Assembly (NCBI GenBank): GCA_002269645.1
Contig: NIVC01000529.1
Coordinates: 15,497 to 79,496 of the forward strand
Direction of reading: 5' to 3'
Length of the DNA: 64,000 nt
Source of the DNA: Macrostomum lignano
Taxonomy: Eukaryota
Under the pieces are notes generated by a model. That model made no database searches. It had not been told where the DNA came from and saw only the letters and a program-made list of their open reading frames with translations. The translations under genes and the position numbers were made by a program. This document shows, in pieces, positions 37,980 through 51,035 of this stretch. Each line of letters starts with the position of its first letter. Within the stretch, counting starts at the first letter, position 1.

Positions 37980-38320
37980 GGAAAAGTTATGCACCTGCAG
38001 AGGCATAAAAGGTGAGCGAGGTGCACAAAAGAGGCACTTTAGTGGCCTATTTTGTGCATGTTTTGGAAATGCACCTAAGTGCACCTTTTATGCCTAAATG
38101 TCACCAATATTTTTGAAAAAAAGGCATGAAAAGTGAATTTGAGGTGGGTGTTCATGGTTCTAATTAAACTACTTCTTTCAAAAGACAATTAAGTCACGGT
38201 GTAAATAGGTGCATACATGTACTCATACTTTCCAAAACACACAAAATAGGCCAGTAAATAAAGTGCCTTTTTTGTGCATCTCGCTCACCTTTTATGCCTA
38301 TGCAGCTGCATAACTTTTCC
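37980..38320. mobile_element. Inverted-repeat (MITE-like) element with related gtgcac-rich sequence at 37900-37980 and 38590-38930
   Basis: ggaaaagttatgcacctgcagaggcataaaaggtgagcgag...ggcctatttt is inverted at 38240-38320; TSD not identified. Confidence 0.55.
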
Positions 38321-39659
38321 TATGGGAATTAGTAATAAAAATTAACTGAGAGTTACATACTCGTATATTGCAGGCACAGATTGAACATAGAAAAGCTTTA
38401 TTTATACATATACTAATTGCTGCTATCCCCTTCCTGATTCTGGCCAACCACAATAGTAAAAATTCCCTATACTCATAAGTTCCAATGACTTTCAAATACT
38501 GAGGAAAAGTTCCAAAAAAGTGGTGAAACGTTTTGCTTTAGTGAGGAAAAGTAGCAAAAACTTTTGCAAGTTGGAATGCCCCTTTCATTGCTTCTACACC
38601 TAAAGTGCCTACTGTGCACTTTTGTTCACCTTCTGTGCCTCTAATGCACACTATAAATCTTTTCATGCACCTCCACCACGGTGCACTTTTGTTCACCTTT
38701 CACTCCACCAATACCCCTAATTCCTACTTTGTTTACCCTTTGTGCCTCCAATGCACACTCTGCACCTTTAATGCACCTAATTCCCCTATGACACCTGTGC
38801 CCCTACCGCCTATTTCTTGCCTTAAATTCACCTTTTGAACCTGCAGAGGCACTCAGGTGAACACGGGGTGCACAAGTGGAACAAAATAGGCATAAAAGAG
38901 GCGAAAGTGAGGCTAAAGGTGCAAAACTTCATTTTTTATACTTTAGAAAATCAAAATCCAATGGGAGCTGTACACCACGTGTATAAGTTCTATTTCTTAA
39001 CCCTAAATACTAACCTTATACAAAAAGCACCATACTATTAACCCTCAAAGACATTTGTGTAAAAACATAAAAATGATATTCAATTTTGCAGAATACTTTT
39101 AAAATTGTAAAAAAAACTATTAGTCTTTAAATATACTGGTGTAACAAACTATATCACATGCTATAACCCTAAAGTTTTTTGTATATGCAGTGGATTCAGT
39201 TTAAATACAGTTTTATAACCAATTTTTAAGCCTTATTTGCACTGCCTTTAAATAAGATCTGGAAAATAAGACTAGAGGATAAGGCAAGACCTTTGATACA
39301 AGAAAATATGTGTAAATATGTCTATATTCCAAGTTTTCTAAATTAAGAGAAATTGCACTTTGAGCCTTAAAATGGCACCTTTACAATTTGTTATTTTGCA
39401 CCCTGTCTCTTGTGAAAAAACCTAATATAACCCCATACCTCATAGACTATACCAAACTATGCCAAACTTGAACTTGGTCATTTTTGTAAGCTAACTATGT
39501 ATGCTTAAGTTGGATCTAAAAATTAGCATCTAGTAAAAAATGGGGAATTTGCAGTGGAATTTGAATGGAATAATACAAAAAATGTAGGAAAAGTGTAATT
39601 TTTTGAATTAATACTAATATATGTATCAATTCTAAATAACTCATTAGCAAATACATGTA

Positions 39660-39973
39660 GCTATAGCCCTGATTGCAGCGCATGGGCATTTTGGCGGACG
39701 GCGTCCGGCGCGGATCAGCCTGCGCGGCGCAGCATTGGTGGTGGACCAGGGGTAAGTCGCAAAAATGCCACCCCATAAAATACGGGCGTAGTACTAATTA
39801 GATGCCGAGGCATTTAGGCTTGATAATACAGTCATAGTTACTCCTGCAGTTTACCCAAAACTGCGTTAATTTTGCTTTAGGGTTTCTTTCACAGGTAAGT
39901 CATTTCACAGCATGGCACAGGTTGTGTGGGCGTCTGGCGTACTTAAGCCATGCGCTGCAATAGGGGCTATAGC
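39660..39973. mobile_element. ~310-bp MITE-like element
   Basis: TIR gctatagccctgattgcagcgcatgg / ccatgcgctgcaataggggctatagc (2 mismatches); GC-rich island in AT-rich DNA; TA/TATA target possible. Confidence 0.65.
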
Positions 39974-41365
39974 AATTTAATTACATTAAAAAGATTATAA
40001 TTTATAATATGCATCTATATTGAAGCAAACTGAACTAGAAATAGCAACATCTATTAGTCCTACTTAAAGTAGTAAATATAGGTTCTCTCATGAATAATAT
40101 GGCTGATAGGTATTGAAAATATTAATCATAATTTTCTTTCTAGCAGTTTTGACAAGTTTTTGAAACTTTTATTGTTTTAAGATTTTATATATAGTTCATA
40201 GTGCTTTTTCATGGTACTTAAAGTTAGTGGAATCCATAGTTTATTCTACAATTTACCATTCCATTAATTGCAGATTTTGCATTTTACTTTATATTCCATT
40301 CCAATCATATTGTGGATTCTATATTTTACTAGGTACCTTAAAAATTCTCTGTTAAAAATATATCAAATATATCAATAAGGGGCAAAAATATAATACAAAT
40401 TTTTAACATAAAGGCCACCTTCTTGACATGTGCTAATCATTTCAACAACTGGCATTTTGTCAAATGGTTGACAAAGTGACTATTTGGCAAAGGTAGCAAT
40501 ATTTGATATTGATGAAGTGATCAAGTTTAGAGGTCTTACTGATTGGTCAATTGACAAAATGACTAAGATCAATGGCTCCCCAGGGAGCCCCCTGGTCCAT
40601 TGAAACAAACAAATTTTGAATTACAGTTACTCGATGCCAAATGTATATAGATCATTAGGCATTTGCAATTTGCTCAAAAGTCTTTATTTGTAATTAAAAT
40701 GTTAATTTTTATTAATTAGTTATTTAATTGTTTATCATTATTAATTGTTCTTTTTGTAATAGCCTATTTTGTTATATTTCAATGAGTTTTATATTAACAA
40801 AATTCAGATATATGTATATAAATATATTTAGAAACAGTAGTCAATGCAGTATGATACAAGTTGAAATTAATTAACCTGTTTTACCTACTCAATTTATCTA
40901 TTCTACCTATTCTATTCTATCCAACTCTATTTAGATATAGCCATAAACATATACACAATATTGTTTTGCATAATATATACACAATGCATAGCTCATGAAG
41001 TGACCATCATTTTATATAAAGAAAAAAACACTAGTTATTAGCAAAAATATTGTGATGCTATTATGCATTTAGCTAGGCCAAAAACTAAATTTTTGGGTAG
41101 GCAATTGTTATTTTCATGGTACCATATAAATATTGCTAATGTTATTTATATGGTAACTGAAAAAATACCTTATAAAAAATTATCCTACAAGGCAGGGACC
41201 CATAGTTCAGAAGGCAACGTGTATACCTGGATTTCCTGGGATACAACAAAGGTCTTACTATCTTTCAATATATATTAGAGTATATCCTAGCATATATAAC
41301 ATAGTAGATACATTGTGTCAAATGACAATTTTTTATATTAGTGCATAAACCTAGTATACAGACAA

Positions 41366-42152
41366 GGGCTCATTCCATATAAGATGGACATATTTAGAAA
41401 ATAGAAAAAAGTCAATATTTTTGCTTGCCATTGCCTAATTAGCCTATTTTTTACCAAATGTTTATATTGTGCAATATATACAATCTAAGAATAAAGGAAT
41501 GGTAAAATGTTGGATTAGTATGTTATCAATTGGCAAAAAGTCATTTTTGTAAAAATTTGGACATTTTTCGAAGCAAAAGACATCATTAAGATTTTGTACC
41601 TTTTAAAAACAAATAGAAAGCTTTTGAAGGTTGAAACAAACTATAGATAAAAGTATAGTACTTGCATCATCAGATAAAAGCATTGGTGACCAAATAATCT
41701 ATTATATTTTTAATGTATTAGTACCTCAAAGTTACTGAATTGACAGAAAAAAATATGTTACGACCATAATGTTACGACCATACGGCTGCCTTTTCTTTTG
41801 TATCTTTGTTGCCTTTTGAGTTTATATATTCTAATAAAAGAGTATGATTTCTAAAGATGTTCTTAGTCAAATTTTAAAAATGTATTGCAAAATATCAAAA
41901 ATGAAAAATGTTATAAGACTTTTACCTTTTAGTTTCTATATGTCAAAAATCCTGTCGTTACAACCATAAGTGTCATTTAAGGTTTAATAGCATCTATACT
42001 AATGATGATATCTATATGAAACTCTATAAATATATTCTAGACAAAATAACCTTTCATTTAAAATATTGGTTTAGTATAATCTATTATTAGATTTCATTTT
42101 ATAAGTAAAAATAACCTGTCATGTTACGACCATGCTTATATGGAATGAGCCC
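41366..42152. mobile_element. Non-autonomous TIR element (PIF/Harbinger-like GGGC termini)
   Basis: 18-bp perfect TIR gggctcattccatataag / cttatatggaatgagccc; internal gttacgaccat repeats; no clear TSD. Confidence 0.65.
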
Positions 42153-43180
42153 AAGGCATTAAACCTAGTGTATACTAGTACACAATCCAAACTATAGGCA
42201 AGGACTACTTAATATTTGTCCATATATCTTGTATTTTGAAAATGAGTTTTAATTAAAGTCACTAAATGGAGTTTAGGCATGATTTATATATTTATAACTT
42301 AGCATGTTTTATTAGCTCATAGTTTTGTACTATTAATAATGCAAAGTACAAAAGGGTGTTTCAAAAGAAAAGAATGATAGGCTTAATAATGCAACTCATT
42401 TGCTTTCAAAAAGATAGATTTGTGGTCAAATATAATTGGACCATAATTATAAATACTACATAGTATATAAAACTAGTTTATATACTAGTCTTTATTTTAG
42501 TTACTGTATAAATAACAATAGTACTATTTATATATACTATGCAAATAATGAATGCTTTTTATTTAGGCATTATTTCAAAAGTTTTGGCTATATTAGGGCT
42601 TTGGCTACTTATTTTATTAATAGAAAAAAGGATAAAAAGCTAACAAAAACATATTATTATTAATATAAAAAATATTTAATAAAACAAACTCAAGGTCAGG
42701 CCTATATAAAAATATTTGTGAAGAAACTTAGGCCCTAGTTTATTTTAGCTCAGGTAAATAATCATATGGTGAAATCCAAAAATTGGGGGCAAGTTTTATG
42801 AAAATTCGTTTTTTGGCAATTTGAAAGCAATAAAGCTATAAAATAAATTTATTCAAGTTTTTAAAAGGTAAAAAAGTCTATTAAAGCACAAATTATTTTC
42901 GTATAGCTTTATTTTTAATAAAATGATTTGTTAAAACGGTAAGTTTAATTACGACCTAAAATGAGTCTAATGAAAATGATAGAAAAGCTATAATAATGTA
43001 TTTTATTAACTTTAACTATCTGATAATGTTACACTCTATAATTCTATAACATATTTAACATTATTTTCAAGGGTTTATTTGTTTATCACTTTCGTTACTC
43101 TTGACAACATGTATTTTGTAGAGTTCATTTGCAATAAATTGTATTCAACGTAAGTTTATTATTTAAACATACAAATTTCC

Positions 43181-43705
43181 GTAAGGATTAGAAAATTGCA
43201 TTTTACTCAGCTTCTACTAAAGCGATTTTGAAAATTCTTTTTTTTTCCTGCATACACGCCGCGATGATGCATGTTTTAGTGTAATTTCATTGTTCTTCGT
43301 CGCTTAATGAGCATACAGTAAGCATCTGATTTGGAAGCCGGGTAACACATTGGAATTCCCATAAGGATTGGAAAATTGCATTTTACTCAGCTTCTATTAA
43401 AGCTATTTTGAAAATTCTTTTTTTCCTACATACACGCCGCGATGATACATGTTTTAGTGTAATTTCATTGTTCTTCATCGCTTAATGAGCATACAGTAAG
43501 CATCTGATTTGGAAGCCAGGTAATATATTGGAATTCCCATAAGGATTGGAAAATTGCATTTTACTCAGCTTCTACTAAAGCGATTTCGAAAATTCTTTTT
43601 TTTCTGCATACACGCCGCGATGATACATGTTTTAGTGTAATTTCATTGTTCTTCGTTGCTTAATGAGCATACAGTAAGCATCTGATTTGGATGCCAGGTT
43701 CACAT
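43181..43705. repeat. Three tandem 178-180-bp units
   Basis: Units start at 43181, 43361 and 43539. Confidence 0.9.
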
Positions 43706-45404
43706 TTTGTGGTACCAATTTGTATCCAAAAATTTTAAGTCTAAATATAGGCATATTACAAATACTAATACTATGCAAGTTGATATTGTCCCAGGGCTCT
43801 TATTTAATCCTTTGTCTAGCCTTACTTGCTGCCACCAAAGTTGTTACAAAGCTATTTCTTCTTAACAATTCTACTGGTTGTTAATTGTAATTCTACTGGT
43901 AGCGCATGTACTTCTATTGGTAGCATATGTACTTTTACTGGTAGCGTATGTACTCTTATTGGTAGCGTATATACTTTTACTGGTAGCGTATGTACTCTTA
44001 TTGGTAGCGTATATACTTTTACTGGCCTGAGCGATCTTTTGGCACTAATCCTCTAACTCTATATATCCCCAATTCACTCCTCTAGGAGGGTTTCTCTCAG
44101 TCCGGGCGTTGCCGGGATCAGAGGGTCACAGCACACTTTGCTGGGTATTCGGCCCTGAGGCGGGTTTCTCAGACTCTAAGCCTGGATTTCTCTACCCTGT
44201 GGTAGGATTTCTGCCTTCTATAGGCGGGTTACTAGACTCCTAAGTCTAGGGTTTCTCAGATCCTAGATCTGGTTATCTTGTCCTCTGAGAACAAATTGTA
44301 CTCCCAACCTTGGGGCAATTCCTAGACTAGTATCTACTACTAAAAAATGAGTAATACTGGAACACTCTTAAACTCAGTCTGAATTTGTCTGGTTAAGCTT
44401 GTAATATTCAAGCGCGAGCTCAAAGCAGAGCAAAGACTTTATTATTCTTAGCCTCTATTGGGCTTCCTTTTATAGCAAAAATTTTAGAATGTTTTAAAAC
44501 AAACTATAATATTCGTAATATGCAAAATATACAATATATAAAAAATATTCAACATATTCGTACAGTAAAACAATAGTTATGTTTTCAAAATACAATTTTC
44601 CTAGAAACTAAATAAAATGCGGCCTATTACAATATTTAAATGAAAGAAAACAACTTAAAGATTATTTTGCAACAAGGAATTAGCGATATATTTACTTTTA
44701 GAGAAAGATGTTTGCTGGCAAACTTTGCACTTTATATTAGTATGAATTTTCGCGAGTTTATATGGTTTTAGAAAGAATTTAAAATCCTTAGAAATACTTC
44801 ATCTTTTTGAATTGAATAAAAAGTAAAACACAGATTACTTTCTGTTTTGTAAGTAGTAAAAAAATAGCCTTCTCAAAGGCCTACAAGTCTTAAAATTAAT
44901 TGTTTAATAATGAAAAAAGTGAAACAAAAAATTGCAAATTGGTCTACTTGGACTTTCAAAATGCTTTTTTGTGGTTTTTTCTTATCTATTCAACAATATA
45001 AAACATGAAAACAATAGTTTTTATCCAGAACTATTTTCTAAAGACCTATCTATCTTTCAAAAACCTTTTTTAGATACATTACTTTCCATCAAATGTCCGC
45101 AGATTTGTTTTACCATTTTATCCTACGTTTTTGGATTTCGCCATATATAGTGCCTAATACAAATAGACAAAATTTATTATAGTAATATTGAAATTTTTAA
45201 GATAGGCCTAGTCTTAACTTTATATTGCTTAACCAATTTTAAAAAATGGGGACAGGGTGTCTTTAGTCTTCTTGCTTAGACAAATAAGATTTACTATATA
45301 AAATATAAAAAATAGGTCCTACTAAAAAATAACTTTCAATCTTATAAGTCTTCAACTTTTTTCTTAATTATAAGGCCGGGGCCTAATGACAAATGTTAAA
45401 AGTC

Positions 45405-46011
45405 GGCATAATGCTAGTTTCTTGTGTTAAATTATTTTGAGGTAAAAATTGACTTAATAAATTAAAACAAGTTAGTCCATAATCCATATGACCATAGCAC
45501 TCAATAGTCTGCTCAGCTCACTAAATTGCATAATAATAAGCAACCTAAAACGAGTTATAAACTAAGAACTTTGCATATGAATGCCATTAAAAGGACTTGG
45601 GCGCATGTCAAAGCAAAGTTCAAGAACATGTACTAGTGATGACCTATTTGATTCACACCTGAATGAGTACCTTTGACCTTTAGAAACTTCTTGTTCTGGG
45701 TTGCTTATTATTATGCCATTTAGTGAGCTTAGCAGACATGCTTAGGCCCAACCTTGGGATTCACTCGGCCGTTTCTATTGGCAATACACACATGTAAGTC
45801 ACTATTGGATGGAATAGTAGTCACGTGACTGCTCTTAGCCAATAGCGACTAACATGTGTGTGTTGCCAATAGAAATGGCCGGGTGAATCCCAAGGTTGCG
45901 CATATATGTTAGCAGACCATTGACTATTATGGACTAACTTGTTTTAATTTATTGAGTCAATCTACAATTTATAACTCAAAATAATTTAATGCAAGAAACT
46001 AGGATTATGCC
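45405..46011. mobile_element. Host MITE with long (~140-bp) TIRs, GGC...GCC termini, 8-bp TSD (Merlin/MULE-like)
   Basis: Arms ggcataatgctagtttcttg... / ...caagaaactaggattatgcc; perfect TSD taaaagtc (45397-45404, 46012-46019); right arm interrupted by the 172-bp MITE. Confidence 0.82.
45737..45908. mobile_element. 172-bp foldback MITE, copy 2 (inverted relative to copy 1)
   Basis: Perfect TSD ttagcaga (45729-45736, 45909-45916); same length and termini as copy 1. Confidence 0.9.
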
Positions 46012-47085
46012 TAAAAGTCATATTTTAATTGCAGTTTTAATTTAAAACAAGCTAGGCCTTAGTCTAAAGTCTTTACATTTTACTATTTAGCTAGTACTCT
46101 GCTAACTAAAGTTTGCATCCTTATTTTAGACAATTTTAATAGAACAAATAGGTTGTTACCATTTAGGTTTACCTAGTGACTCTAGTCATAGTCCTAGGCC
46201 TAGGCAAAGTGAAATAGGAATAATTTTGTCAAATGGATAGTTTGTCAACAGATTTTTTGAAAGAGTATTTTCAAAACACTAACACTATTTTATTTGCATG
46301 ACAAAATGACATAATTCGAAAAATATTTAATAAGTGCCTAGACAACATCAACTTCTCTTCTGTATGCCTAGACATACCCAACAAACATCAATAGCCATTG
46401 CCAGCAAAGGATGCACAATTGAATTTAGCTAAAAATTTAATCTGAAGAAACCAGCCAAAAATCATTATGTAGGCCCTACGCCCTACCAAACCACACGAGC
46501 TTGTGTATATTTCACAATACCCGTAATAGTTAAGTGCATGGTCAAGGATAATATATTTACTCGGGCCTGACTAAAGTAGTAAAGGTTGGGATTCATTACT
46601 GAATGAATGTATAGTTAGTAGTTAACTTGTGTTGTGTGTAAATAATTAATTTTTTAATTAATCGATTTTTGCATTTTAAAATGTATTTCGAAAAAAATCG
46701 TAATAAAACACATTTATGTACGGTATCGAGCAGAGAAATTTAATTTCTCTGTGTAGTAACTATGAAAACCATAAAATAGAATTTTTTAATTGTGTTTTTG
46801 TTCAAAAATCAATTGCTGGTGCTTACTATTTTCGGTTAATTATAACTACTGTACATAGTTATGTACATAGTTTGTACAGCAGTACAAGTTCTATTGTTTG
46901 CATTCCTTTTGTTGCGATCGGTTTGTTCGCTCTCCTTGTCCGTAACAGTAACTGCACAGTTGATTACTTTAACAGGATTATTTCAGCTCAAGTTTAATTA
47001 TTAGAAATTGCGTATCTTCTAATGAGCCATGAGCGATCGAGTGAGCAATGAATTTATCATAATGCATTAAATATTAAACATCATT

Positions 47086-47202
47086 CAGGGGCGACGCCAT
47101 GGATTTCTTATGGTGGGAGGGGGAGACATAAGAAAGCATTGGCATGTCCCCCAAAAGCTTTTACTAAGTCCCCCCTGCCCCCCCCCGGTGGTGACGCGCC
47201 TG
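47086..47202. mobile_element. 117-bp hAT-like MITE
   Basis: CAGG...CCTG termini, 14-bp TIR (11/14 match), degenerate 8-bp TSD acatcatt/aaatcttt (6/8). Confidence 0.55.
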
Positions 47203-48267
47203 AAATCTTTACAATTTGCATACGTGTACATTCGAGATTTAATCAAGAATCGTACGTCGATCTCGCCCCCTTGTTGAAAGTTCTATGAATATGTGCTGAT
47301 CATACATGACCATATGATCATGAATCTGTCATATACATGTACATGTAGGTCATGGCCCTGCAGTCAGTGGATGCCAGCAGCGTTGTCAATGCTGGCTTAA
47401 TTGCTGCATGTGGCAGGGTCAGCAGTTCAGCATAGTGCGAGCCTATACTGAAAAATGTCAGAACGCAGTATACATGTAGCATGTAATGAAGAAGAGAAAT
47501 GTCCCTAGAGAAATATTATTAAATCTGAACAAAAGAATGCTCAAAACGTCATCATTAGCCGATATTAATTTTTCTCTTTGAACAGAGAGAAGAATGATCA
47601 AAATGATGCACGGAGGCCGGCCTAAATGAGCGGTGTTATTCGAGTCCACTGGCCGTGTGACCGTGACTGCAGATCAATTAGGGGATGCACACACGCGCAT
47701 AATCCCTTTCCATATTGCACTAATTTCATGGCATTCTCTAGCATCTAAAAACAGCCTATATGAACGAATTATTTTTCTTTTCAAGTCCCTCCGGTCTGCC
47801 TACATGTCTTGCAATTCATTTTGCGTCCGTCCCTAATCAGTTCCTCATCAATTCCCCTTTAATTCCTTCGATCCTTGCGTATTATTTTGCAGGTTCGAGT
47901 TTGTTAGGCATTGAGTTAGAGATGGAGGGGTGAGAGATTTGCATTCTAGTGCTTAAGTGAAAACTTTGTTCAGTATGCTCACCGCTTAATTTGAGTTCAC
48001 TCATGTTAGAATCCAACGTGGTCGTTTGCATTGATTGCGACTGACTGATCGAAAGTTTTGTCCTATTTTGGGGGGAGATTTAATGAGGCGCTGGTGATGC
48101 CAAAGTATCCATTCTATACACTGGGATGAGCAAGAAGCTGTGCGTTAGCTGGCTCCATCAGTTCAATTCTCTGCTCATTGCTTCTGCGCTCAAGCAGAAG
48201 AAGCAAATCGTTTTTTGAGCGTTTTTTTCTAACGATGTGTTTCTTATAAATTCTCAGTAATTGATTC

Positions 48268-48393
48268 TCAATCAGCGATTCTCAATCAGCGATTCTCAAT
48301 CAGCGATTCTCAACCAGCGATTCTCAATCAGCGATTCTCAATCAGCGATTCTCAACCAGCGATTCTCAATCAGCGATTCTCAATCAGCGATTC
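48268..48393. repeat. 14-bp array cagcgattctcaat
   Basis: Direct reading. Confidence 0.85.
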
Positions 48394-48989
48394 ACAAGCT
48401 CCGACTATGAATCAGTTCGTTGTGGCCTCGCTTCCACGCATTTCATCGGGGCCAGTTTCATCGAAACTTTCATCAACAATATTTCATCGACAGACAGACA
48501 GTAAATTATCTAAGATTTCGAGATGAGCTTTCGATATGCCCTGGCAGGGCTCGCTTTCCCGGAGTCGAATTTTCGTTCTGCATTAATCAGCGAATGTCTT
48601 CCGAACTGAGCATGTCGTCTGTTTCAATTAAGACAAATCTATGGAGATTTTCGGGAGGTCATTAGACGTGAGCAGTAATCCGCCTGAGCTGAGGCAGGAT
48701 GCTAATCGCTGATGAGGCTCTGGCGGGGATGTTGAAAGCGAAATGAAAATCATTTTTCACTACTCGGGTGGAGGGATTCCGGAGCTGCTTCATTTGAGAT
48801 GAGGCTGATTGGGCTGCTGCTCGGGGAAGGGGAATGAAAGGGAATGGAAAAAAATTGCTTTATGAGCAGCTTTGCGGATTCAGCGGGGAGGCATCCGATG
48901 CCCCCATTCCGCTAACCCCTGGCGACCACGGGCAGCTGGTGCTGCGGTGTCGCGCATGGAGATCCGGTGGCGCCGGTGTCCGCAGCGCG

Positions 48990-49565
48990 GTCCCCCTCCG
49001 GAGGGTCCAGGAGGTGGATTGTCGCTCGCCCGGTAGCCCTTAGGAAGTGGACGAGCTGGCAGAGATTCTCGGGCCTGAAAACGTTGGAGAGGTCCGGGTT
49101 TGGGCCGAGGTAGGTGAGCCTGTCCTGAGTAAAGACGGGGCATTCACAGATGAAGTGCTCCGCATTATCGACACCGGAGAGGCAGAATGGGCATTCCTCA
49201 CTGCGGATTTTTCCCTGGAGGTAACGATGCCTGGAATAACAACTGGAACCTTAAAGAGTCATGGACCCATGGTTACCGCTGACGTCCCTGCGGTTGAGTC
49301 CAAGCAGGGCCCTGCGGAGGGTGGGGGAAGGACAGGGGGCAGTGGCGCGCGGGATTGCCGGCAGTCGGGGGCGTTGGCCCACCTCTCCCTGTGCTTAGAA
49401 GCCACCCACTGGCTGGGGGTGGGGCCCACGGCCAGGGGACCAGTAAAAGAACCGGTCGAGCCAGCCTTGGCCAGGCGATCGGCCAACTCGTTGCCGGGGT
49501 GGCCCGAGTGCCCGGGGATCTACCTTAGTGACACCTTGTTAGAGGCGCCTAAGCAGTTAAGCTTA
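48990..49565 (-). mobile_element. 5'-truncated, dead non-LTR retrotransposon 3' end (RNase H C-terminus + CCHC knuckle)
   Basis: [33 protein letters not shown] (RNase H 'WVPGH..GNE.AD' with W->TAG at 49520-49522); after a frameshift, [18 protein letters not shown] = CX2CX8HX4C typical of LINE ORF2 C-termini. Confidence 0.85.
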
Positions 49566-49574
49566 GGTTGGTGA

Positions 49575-50070
49575 GGTTGGGGAGATTGTTGAGATTGGGG
49601 AGATTAAGGGATTGTGGAGGTTGGGGAGATTGAGGAGGTTAGGGAGGTTCGGGAGGTTAAAGAGATTGGGGATTGGGGACGTTGGGGACATTGGGGAGAT
49701 TAAGGAGATTGGGGAGATTGGGGAGATTGGGGAGATTGGGGAGGTTGGGGAGATTGAGGTGATTGGGGAGGTTGGGGAGATTGAGGGGATTGGGGAGATT
49801 GAGGGGATTGGGGAGGTTGCGGGGATCGGGGGGGATTGGGGAGGTTGAAGAGGTTAAGGAGATTCGGAAGGTTGGGGGTTTTGGGGTGATTGGGGAGGTT
49901 GGGATTTGGGAATTGAGAAGATTGGGGAGATTGGGGAGATTGGGGAGATTGGGGAGATTGGGGAGATCGGGGAGATTGGGGAGATCGGGGAGATTTGGGA
50001 GATTCGGGAGATTCGGGAGATTCGGGAGATTAGGAAGGTTGGGGAGATCGGGGAGATCGGGGAGATTAGG
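49575..50070. repeat. 9-bp array ggggagatt abutting the LINE truncation point
   Basis: Direct reading. Confidence 0.88.
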
Positions 50071-50524
50071 TAGGTATGAAGAAGTAGAGTGGGAGATCAA
50101 ACAGGAATATGAAGGCAATGGCGGTGAGAACGAGATGCAAAGGAAGATGGTCCCAAGGCACACAGAAAGGAGAGGCAATTAGGCAGCAGGATTACAGGGT
50201 AGACTCAGGACTAAGCGAGTAAGATGACAGCCAGCCCGCGACTGAGCGCTAATGATAACCCAGAGCTGCCGCGCTGGCCAACAGGTAAAGCAGCTCATCC
50301 ACAGGCAGTGGAATGGATTGCAAAACCTTATTAAACAGAAAGCATTCACGCTAAAAGAAGGAAAGGAAAGACAGCCAAAAAACCTGTGCAACTGTCCCTA
50401 TTTTTAGCAGCAGGTATCTAGAGATCTACGTGCCTTTGTCTACTGATTAGTAAATTTCCATTTTTCATTTGTGGGAAAATTAGGCATCACAAGCACGGAA
50501 GCTTTAGCTATCAGTGCTAGCCTG

Positions 50525-51035
50525 CAGTTAGACACGATCTGTTTGACGCGATCTGTTAGACACGATCTGTTAGACACGATCTGTTTGACACGATCTGTTA
50601 GACAGGATCTGTTAGACAGGATCTGTAAGACACGATCTGTTAGACACGATCTGTTAGACAGGATCTGTTAGACACGATCTGTTTGACACGATCTGTTAGA
50701 CGCGATCTGTTAGACACGATCTGTTAAACACGATTTTTTAGACACGATCTGTTAGACACGATCTGTTAGACGCAATCTGTTAGACACGATCTGTTAAACA
50801 CGATTTTTTAGACACGATGTGTTAGACACGATCTGTTAGACACGATCTGTTAGACGCAATCTGTTAGACACATTTTTTAGACACGATGTGTTAGACACGA
50901 TATGTTAGACGCGATCTGTTAGACACGATCTGTTAGACACATTTTTTAGACACGATGTGTTAGACACGATATGTTAGACGCGATCTGTTAGATCACGAGC
51001 TCATATGAATCTGTTAGAAACAATCTGTTAAACAC
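50525..51035. repeat. 14-bp array acacgatctgttag
   Basis: Direct reading. Confidence 0.88.

Noticed and set aside
49047-49574. 175-aa plus-strand ORF (MDELAEILG...)
   Set aside because: Antisense shadow of the minus-strand LINE RNase H/CCHC remnant.
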